The position numbers were made by a program, and so were the translations under genes. From positions 2,023 to 66,022 of the forward strand of contig QKEW01000013.1 in NCBI GenBank assembly GCA_003251635.1: 64,000 nt of DNA, given 5' to 3'. The stretch comes from a bacterium. Lineage in GTDB: Bacteria > Patescibacteriota > Minisyncoccia > Moranbacterales > GWC2-37-73. Under the pieces are notes generated by a model. That model was not told where the DNA came from and did not search any database. It saw only the letters and a program-made list of their open reading frames with translations. Of this stretch, positions 58,006-64,000 are shown piece by piece. Position 1 is the stretch's first letter, and each line of letters starts with the position of its first letter.

Positions 58006-61000
58006 TTAAACCACTTCCACCTCTCCATGCAAAACTAAGGTTTGAAGTTGGTCGAGGATTTCTTGGGTGTGATTTATGAGAAAAGGAGTTTGCAGCTTGG
58101 TTTGATTGTGTTTGAGGAAAACTTGAGTGGCACCTTTTTCGCATTTTTCCAAAAATTTTCCCAATTTTTGAATCACATCTGGCGTCGCATTGTGGGGCAG
58201 GGTGACAATCAGTTTCTGCTGGTCATTTTTTTGGGAGTCTTTGTTGTTTTTTGTTGATGAATTTGAATCTTGTGAATTGCTATTGTCAGGATTATTTTTA
58301 TCATCCCCGTCTTTTTTTTCACTGCTGTGATAGGCTTTTTGAGTCAGGCGAATGCGCATGAATTCATCAACTTCGTGGCGATTGAGTTCTTTAGCTTCGT
58401 CGACGATTAATTTGAAAACTCCGTCTTTATCGGAAAGTCGGCCTTCAGCTATGATCATTCTTTCACTTTCCCAGATGCTTTGAGTTTTTTCCAAAATTTT
58501 CGGAAAAACTAAAAGCTCAATTCGATTTTTGGTATCTTCCAGCATTACAAACAGCATGGTGTCATGGCGTTTGGTTAATATTTTTTGAACTTTCTGAATG
58601 ACTCCGCCAACCTTGATTTTTTGTCCGACCTTTTCTTTGGTGATTTGTGAAATAGCCTCGCCGGATTCATTGAGAAAAGCTTGAAATTCAGCCACGGGAT
58701 GATCGGAAACATAAAGTCCGAGCAATTCTTTTTCCCATTGCAATTTTTCTTTTTTACTAGCCGGCTCACATTCGTTTAGTAAAATTGTTGGAGCTTCTAG
58801 TTCTTGAGCACCAAAAAGGCTATTTTGATTGGAGTTTTGATTTTTTTGAATATTCTTAGAGAAGGCAATGATACTTTCGATATTTTCCAGGATTTGTTGG
58901 CGTTCACCCAAATTGTCCAAAGCGCCCACTTTAGCCAGGGCTTCGATTGATTTTTTGTTGAGATCTTTGGTTTGAACTCGTTCAAGTAAATCTGCCAAAG
59001 AAGAGAATTTTCCCTGGGCTTTTCTTTCTTTGACGATTTCAGCGGCGACCACGTGCCCGACATTCTTGATGGCATTGAGTCCAAAGCGAATTCTAGTTTT
59101 TTTGCCCTCTTGGTCGATGACGGCAAAATCTTCAAAACTTTCATTGACATCCGGGGCCAAAACTTCAATGCCCATGTCGCGAGTTTCATCCACTTCAATG
59201 GCGATGCGATCAATGTTGTCCTGGTCTGAAGTCAAAAGGGCAGCCATAAAAGCTTCTGGGTAGTGAGCTTTGAGATAGGCGGTTTGATATCCGATCAGGG
59301 CATAGCAGGCGGCGTGCGAGCGATTGAAACCGTAACCGGCAAACGGCTCAATGAAAGAGAAAACTTTTTCACCGATTTCGCGACTGATGCCATTTTTTTC
59401 GCAGCCGGCAATAAATTTGATTTTCTGTTCTTGAATCAGATCCAGAATTTTTTTACCCATGGCTTTGCGAAGGACATCGGCTTCACCCATGGAAAAGCCA
59501 GCCAAAGCGCGAGCGATCTGCATGACTTGTTCTTGATAGATGGCTACGCCGTAGGTATTTTTCAAAACCGGTTCCAATTTTGGATGAACATAGGTGACTT
59601 TTTTGGTGCCGTGCTTGTTGGCAATAAATTCCGGAATCCAATCCATCGGTCCTGGACGGTAAAGTGCTACCATGGCGATGATGTCCTCCAGGACAGTGGG
59701 TTTGAGAAGTTTCAAATAGCGTTTCATGCCGGAACTTTCAAATTGGAACACTCCGGTGGTGTGGCCTTCCTGGAAAAGACGATAAGTCTGCGCGTCGTCA
59801 ATTGGAATTTCATCAATATCAATTTCTATTCCTTTGGTTTTACGAATGATATTGATGGCATTTTGGATGATGGTTAGATTTTTTAAACCCAAAAAGTCCA
59901 TTTTGAGCAGCCCAATTTTTTCCACGTAGCTGGTTTTGGTAGAAGACGAATATTGGGTCACGGTGCCTTCCCGCGCACCAGCAATGTTTTGCAGTGGGGT
60001 ATATTCAACCACGGGCTTTTTCGTAATAACGACTCCACAGGCATGCATGCCAGCGTGACGACAAACTCCTTCTAGGCGCTGAGCATTGTCGATTAATTTT
60101 TTAGCATCCTCGCCAGAATTATAGTGGGACTTAAACTCTGGAACTTCTTCCAAGGCCTCTTTGATGGATGTGAACATGGGAATCATTTTGGAGGTTTTGT
60201 CACAAAAATCATAGGGAAGTCCCAAGGCGCGACCGGTATCGCGGATGGCGGCGCGGGCAGCCATGGTTCCAAAAGTGATGATTTGGGCTACGTGATCATC
60301 GCCATATTTGCGTCTGACATAGGCTAGCACGTCGTCACGTCGATTATCAGCAAAATCCATATCGACATCGGGCATGGATACGCGTTCCGGATTAAGAAAT
60401 CTTTCAAAAAGCAGATCATATTTGATTGGGTCAACATTGGTGATTCCGATCAAATAGGAAACAAAGCTGCCAGCTGCGCTACCACGTCCCGGACCCACCA
60501 CCACCCCATTGCTTTTGGCCCAATTGACAAAATCTTGCACAATCAAAAAGTAGGAAGGGTAGCCGGTTTTTTCAATAATATCCAATTCATAGTTCATTCT
60601 TTCCAGATGTTTTTCACTGTGCTCTCCTTGATATCTTCTTTGTAAACCTTCCTCAGTTAATTTACGCAGGTAGGTTACATCAGTGAATCCTTGAGGTACT
60701 TCAAAGTGGGGCAACTGGGTTTCACCCAGCTTCAATTCAAAATTGCAAAGGTCAACAACTTTTTGAGTATTTTCCAAAACTTCCGGGTGATCCGGAAAAC
60801 CAGCTAGAACCTCTTCAGGGGAACGCAAAGACAGATCGAAATCCATCAAATTCATGCGATCGGTTTCTTGAACTTTGCGGTTAGTTTGAACGCAAAGTAA
60901 AATGTCTTGAGCGGTGGCGTCTTGTTTGTTGACATAGTGCACGTCGCAAGTTGCGACCACGGGAACATCCAATTCTTGGCTTAATTTGAAAATCCCATCA

Positions 61001-61572
61001 TTGGCCACTTTTTGATTGGGGAAATTTGGGTGACTCTGAACCTCCAGAAAAAAGGAATCTTTTTCAAAAATATCCAAATACTCCAAAGCCAGCTCTTTGG
61101 CTTTGTCATATTTTCCCATAATGATCTGAGCGGGAATTTCTCCTTCGGCGCAAGCGCTAAGTCCGACCAATCCGGCGCTATGTTCTCGCAAAACCTTACG
61201 ATCAATGCGGGGTTTGTAATAAAAACCTTCCAGATGCGCAATCGTGATCAATTTCATCAAGTTTTTATAGCCAGTCTCATTTTTGACTAACAATATTAAA
61301 TGATGACGTTTGCGGTCTTCGGCCGTTGGATTTTTGCTGTGAAGATCATTGGGCGTGACATACATTTCGCAGCCCAAGATTGGCTTGAGACCTTTTTCTT
61401 TGGCGGTCACAAAAAGATCCACAGCGCCATAGAGCACACCGTGATCAGTTAAGGCAATGGAGTCCATGCCCAATTCTTTGGCATGGTCCATCAAATCATC
61501 AATTTTTCCCAGACCATCCAAAAGAGAATAGTGGGAGTGGACGTGAAGATGGGTATATTTGGGTGTCGACAT
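58006..61572 (-). CDS. dnaE: DNA polymerase III alpha subunit
   Basis: PHP HLHVHSHYSLLDG, GRGSAAGS, MPDVDMDF, GYGFNRSHA, OB fold. Confidence 0.97.
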   Translation of the reverse strand: MSTPKYTHLHVHSHYSLLDGLGKIDDLMDHAKELGMDSIALTDHGVLYGAVDLFVTAKEKGLKPILGCEMYVTPNDLHSKNPTAEDRKRHHLILLVKNETGYKNLMKLITIAHLEGFYYKPRIDRKVLREHSAGLVGLSACAEGEIPAQIIMGKYDKAKELALEYLDIFEKDSFFLEVQSHPNFPNQKVANDGIFKLSQELDVPVVATCDVHYVNKQDATAQDILLCVQTNRKVQETDRMNLMDFDLSLRSPEEVLAGFPDHPEVLENTQKVVDLCNFELKLGETQLPHFEVPQGFTDVTYLRKLTEEGLQRRYQGEHSEKHLERMNYELDIIEKTGYPSYFLIVQDFVNWAKSNGVVVGPGRGSAAGSFVSYLIGITNVDPIKYDLLFERFLNPERVSMPDVDMDFADNRRDDVLAYVRRKYGDDHVAQIITFGTMAARAAIRDTGRALGLPYDFCDKTSKMIPMFTSIKEALEEVPEFKSHYNSGEDAKKLIDNAQRLEGVCRHAGMHACGVVITKKPVVEYTPLQNIAGAREGTVTQYSSSTKTSYVEKIGLLKMDFLGLKNLTIIQNAINIIRKTKGIEIDIDEIPIDDAQTYRLFQEGHTTGVFQFESSGMKRYLKLLKPTVLEDIIAMVALYRPGPMDWIPEFIANKHGTKKVTYVHPKLEPVLKNTYGVAIYQEQVMQIARALAGFSMGEADVLRKAMGKKILDLIQEQKIKFIAGCEKNGISREIGEKVFSFIEPFAGYGFNRSHAACYALIGYQTAYLKAHYPEAFMAALLTSDQDNIDRIAIEVDETRDMGIEVLAPDVNESFEDFAVIDQEGKKTRIRFGLNAIKNVGHVVAAEIVKERKAQGKFSSLADLLERVQTKDLNKKSIEALAKVGALDNLGERQQILENIESIIAFSKNIQKNQNSNQNSLFGAQELEAPTILLNECEPASKKEKLQWEKELLGLYVSDHPVAEFQAFLNESGEAISQITKEKVGQKIKVGGVIQKVQKILTKRHDTMLFVMLEDTKNRIELLVFPKILEKTQSIWESERMIIAEGRLSDKDGVFKLIVDEAKELNRHEVDEFMRIRLTQKAYHSSEKKDGDDKNNPDNSNSQDSNSSTKNNKDSQKNDQQKLIVTLPHNATPDVIQKLGKFLEKCEKGATQVFLKHNQTKLQTPFLINHTQEILDQLQTLVLHGEVEVV

Positions 61573-61906
61573 ATGTTTTTTCAAATTCCCATAGCCCGGA
61601 TCACTCCTAGGGTTTTGCGGAAGTTGAGTAAAAGTTTTTTTAGTTTTTCAATAATAGCATGAATTTTTCCAAAAGAAAAAAAGCCTTCTAGAACGGCTTT
61701 TTCTCTCAATACTTATCGTTGTAATAATTTTGATCAAATAGAAACAAAAAACACCACAAAAATATCTATAAATTTTTTATATTATTTTTTATTTTTGTTT
61801 CCATTTTTATTTTGAAAATATTCAAAATATATTATTATAAATGATAAGGATTTGTGTTTTTATCCAAAGAACTAAAAAAGAACCTTCAATATTATGATGA
61901 AAAGCT

Positions 61907-62671
61907 ATGAACTTGTCAAATGATTTTTTGAAAGCAGAAAAAGAGCTGAAAAATAAAGGGTTTGGGCGAATTATTGGAGTGGACGAAGCCGGTCGGGGTC
62001 CGCTCTGCGGTCCGGTGGTAGCGGCGGCAGTTTGTTTGCGCACCGATTTGGATGATTTGAGCGAGGAATTTTTGATGGACGAAAATTGGAATTTGGTGCG
62101 TGATTCCAAAAAACTTAGCGAAAAACAACGTGAAAAAGTGTTTAGTTTTATTTGGGAAAATTTTCAGGTGGGGATCGGTATTTGTGATCACCAAACTATT
62201 GATCGCATCAATATTTTGGAAGCCAGTTTTCTGGCTATGAAAAAGGCGATAAATGATTTGGAGCGCAAAACGCGTAACACGGAACGTGAAACGCATAGTC
62301 CGAAAGGGAAAGTTAATTGTTTGAATGATTCGCATTGCATCTCAAATTCATTCGCTCCACGCTCCACGCTCCATGCCCCACGCTTAATAATTTTAGTTGA
62401 TGGTAACAAAAAAATTCCCAATTTTTCCGCCGAGCAATTGGCGATTGTGGGCGGAGACAAAAAGATTAAATCGATTTCAGCCGCTTCAATTGTGGCCAAA
62501 GTAACGCGGGATCGGATGATGGAGGAGTTTGATCAAAAATATCCCGGCTATGGTTTTGCCAAGCACAAGGGTTATGGTACCAAAGCTCATCTGGAAGCCC
62601 TGGAAAAATTTGGGCCTTGTGAAATTCATCGCCAATCTTTTGGTCCGGTCAAAAAGTGGAAAAGGGCTTGA
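61907..62671 (+). CDS. rnhB: Ribonuclease HII with a repeat-derived insertion
   Basis: GVDEAGRGP, DSKKL, AASIVAKVTRD, KHKGYGT. Confidence 0.95.
   Translation: MNLSNDFLKAEKELKNKGFGRIIGVDEAGRGPLCGPVVAAAVCLRTDLDDLSEEFLMDENWNLVRDSKKLSEKQREKVFSFIWENFQVGIGICDHQTIDRINILEASFLAMKKAINDLERKTRNTERETHSPKGKVNCLNDSHCISNSFAPRSTLHAPRLIILVDGNKKIPNFSAEQLAIVGGDKKIKSISAASIVAKVTRDRMMEEFDQKYPGYGFAKHKGYGTKAHLEALEKFGPCEIHRQSFGPVKKWKRA
62258..62383. repeat. Inverted pair of heptamer arrays inside rnhB
   Basis: GTGAAAC-like x6 (62258-62299) and TCCACGC-like x4 (62356-62383). Confidence 0.8.
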
Positions 62672-62816
62672 CAAAATGTTTGGGATGTGCAACAATGTTT
62701 CGATTGGCCGAAAAGGTTAGTCACAAACAGGAAATTTGTTTGTAGTACCTAAGCATATTCGTCACGACCCCTTTTTTAGGGAGTCATTATCACTCACCAG
62801 GGAAGGAGAAGAAGGA

Positions 62817-63122
62817 ATGAAGAAACGTAGTGTTTTGTTGGCTCTGTTGTTGCTGGCATTTGCCAGCCAGGCCCTTGCCTTTGGGGTTGACTATAAAGGT
62901 CATAATCCCTCCCCATGTATTGAAAAAAAGCTGATCCGAAAGGCGGGGGGTCAGCCGGATTCTGCGCTTATCGAGGCCTGTCGGTTAAGGCGGAGTGCTT
63001 ATACCAATTGGGGTGCTGGGCGAGGCACAAAGCCGGGTGACACCGGCGGGCAGTCATCCCTTCTGTATCTAAGCTGGATCGAACAGCAGACAGAGCTGAC
63101 GGAAAACTTGAGTGCTGAGTGA
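62817..63122 (+). CDS. Small secreted hypothetical protein
   Basis: MKKRSVLLALLLLAFASQALA signal peptide; purine-rich SD; hairpin terminators at ~63128-63218. Confidence 0.65.
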   Translation: MKKRSVLLALLLLAFASQALAFGVDYKGHNPSPCIEKKLIRKAGGQPDSALIEACRLRRSAYTNWGAGRGTKPGDTGGQSSLLYLSWIEQQTELTENLSAE

Positions 63123-63342
63123 AAAAAAGCGGGTGGGTGCACAGATTCATTGTGCACCCCTCGCTCCAAAAAAATAAAAATGTTTAATGTCGAATCCGTC
63201 AAAGAAGGCGGTTTTTTTGTTGTCAAAACTGATAAATAACTTTGAAATTTTCCTATGTGTATGTTCTTGTAAAAGTATGCTATAATAATTTCACAGTAAT
63301 CTTACATAACTCTTCAGGAGGGAGTCATCCAGTATTTTTTCA

Positions 63343-64000
63343 ATGAAAAACAAAAAAAATCTTAATATTTTGAAAAAGATAAACGCTGCTTTGACGATTG
63401 GCGTTTTTGTACTTTACTTATTGAATCCGATTTTGGTGTTTGGTTTTGATGGTTCCGGTGAAACTTTTGACAATCAGGCAGCAGAGAAAATCCAACAACA
63501 ACTTCAGGACAACGATTTTCCAATAAATGAAGAAATGGGCGGCCGAATCAAGGGCATGATGGCCCCATTCATTCAGAACGAGGGGCAAATAGAAAATCAA
63601 GAAGTTCAATTTTATACCGATATCTTTTCCGGAAGATTTTTTGTAACCAATGACTCTTTGACATACTCAGTTGTTAAACAGGAGAATTTTCGAGAAGTTC
63701 CAACTGAACTTGATGGGGATGAAAAAGGACCAATTGTTATAAAGGGAAAAAAGGAACTAGAAAGCAGCAAGATTATAGCCATAAGGGAAAAGTTTGTTGA
63801 TGATGACGGACAGGTGAGCAACCTTTCTCCACAAGGAGAGGATCCCACAGGTACAAAAATTTCACATTTTAAAAAAAGTGATAAAGACAAGTGGATAAAT
63901 GGCCGATCTACTTATGAATACGTGAGTCTGGGTCAAATTTGGGACAACATTGAAGTTAATTTGCGAAAAACCAAGAGTAACGTAGAAAAAGTATTCACTG
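63343..64000 (+). CDS. Large secreted/surface protein, N-terminal part (resembles the domain preceding SBBP beta-propeller repeats); runs off the window
   Basis: Open frame to the end; signal/TM; PFIQNEGQ..EVQFY and KW..TYEYV..IWDNIEV motifs. Confidence 0.65.
   Translation, partial: MKNKKNLNILKKINAALTIGVFVLYLLNPILVFGFDGSGETFDNQAAEKIQQQLQDNDFPINEEMGGRIKGMMAPFIQNEGQIENQEVQFYTDIFSGRFFVTNDSLTYSVVKQENFREVPTELDGDEKGPIVIKGKKELESSKIIAIREKFVDDDGQVSNLSPQGEDPTGTKISHFKKSDKDKWINGRSTYEYVSLGQIWDNIEVNLRKTKSNVEKVFT

Noticed and set aside
58006-61572. Inteins in DnaE, GyrB or RecA
   Set aside because: Lengths are normal and no splice-junction or LAGLIDADG blocks are seen; the Asn/Ser/Asp-rich DnaE patch is a linker.
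61586-61622. GUGA-tetraloop hairpin upstream of dnaE
   Set aside because: A single short hairpin with no other evidence of regulation.

Overview
Mostly core-genome window from an AT-rich bacterium using genetic code 11. Gene content and style (type IV pilus cluster with no PilQ/PilP, short ThrS and MetG, 23S-5S without 16S, A-rich leaders with no Shine-Dalgarno) point to Patescibacteria/CPR, probably Parcubacteria; this is an inference. It carries lexA-ftsK-rodZ-recA, rpsF-ssb-rpsR-efp, a 13-gene type IV pilus cluster, ligA-gatCA, a tRNA cluster, gyrB, 23S-5S rRNA, rodA, rplY, metG-tatD, a full F1Fo ATP synthase operon, sulP, miaA/miaB, thrS, an orphan-gene islet at the dnaE 3' end, dnaE and rnhB. 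The unusual signal is mostly non-coding. (1) An intact tRNA(CAU) is nested in a palindromic insert inside the D-loop of a second, doubly interrupted copy of the same tRNA. (2) Related 7/8-bp-period repeat arrays and a GC palindrome sit in frame inside miaA, miaB, rnhB and atpD, and between genes. (3) The 23S gene lacks ~23 nt of the peptidyl-transferase centre and has a ~110-nt hairpin expansion. (4) A compact T-box-like riboswitch with an apical Thr codon precedes thrS. (5) The dnaE 3' end is duplicated around orphan genes. (6) Candidate attenuators precede rpsF and sulP. (7) The ATP synthase c subunit has a Na+-type signature. All calls were made by eye; no database searches were run.
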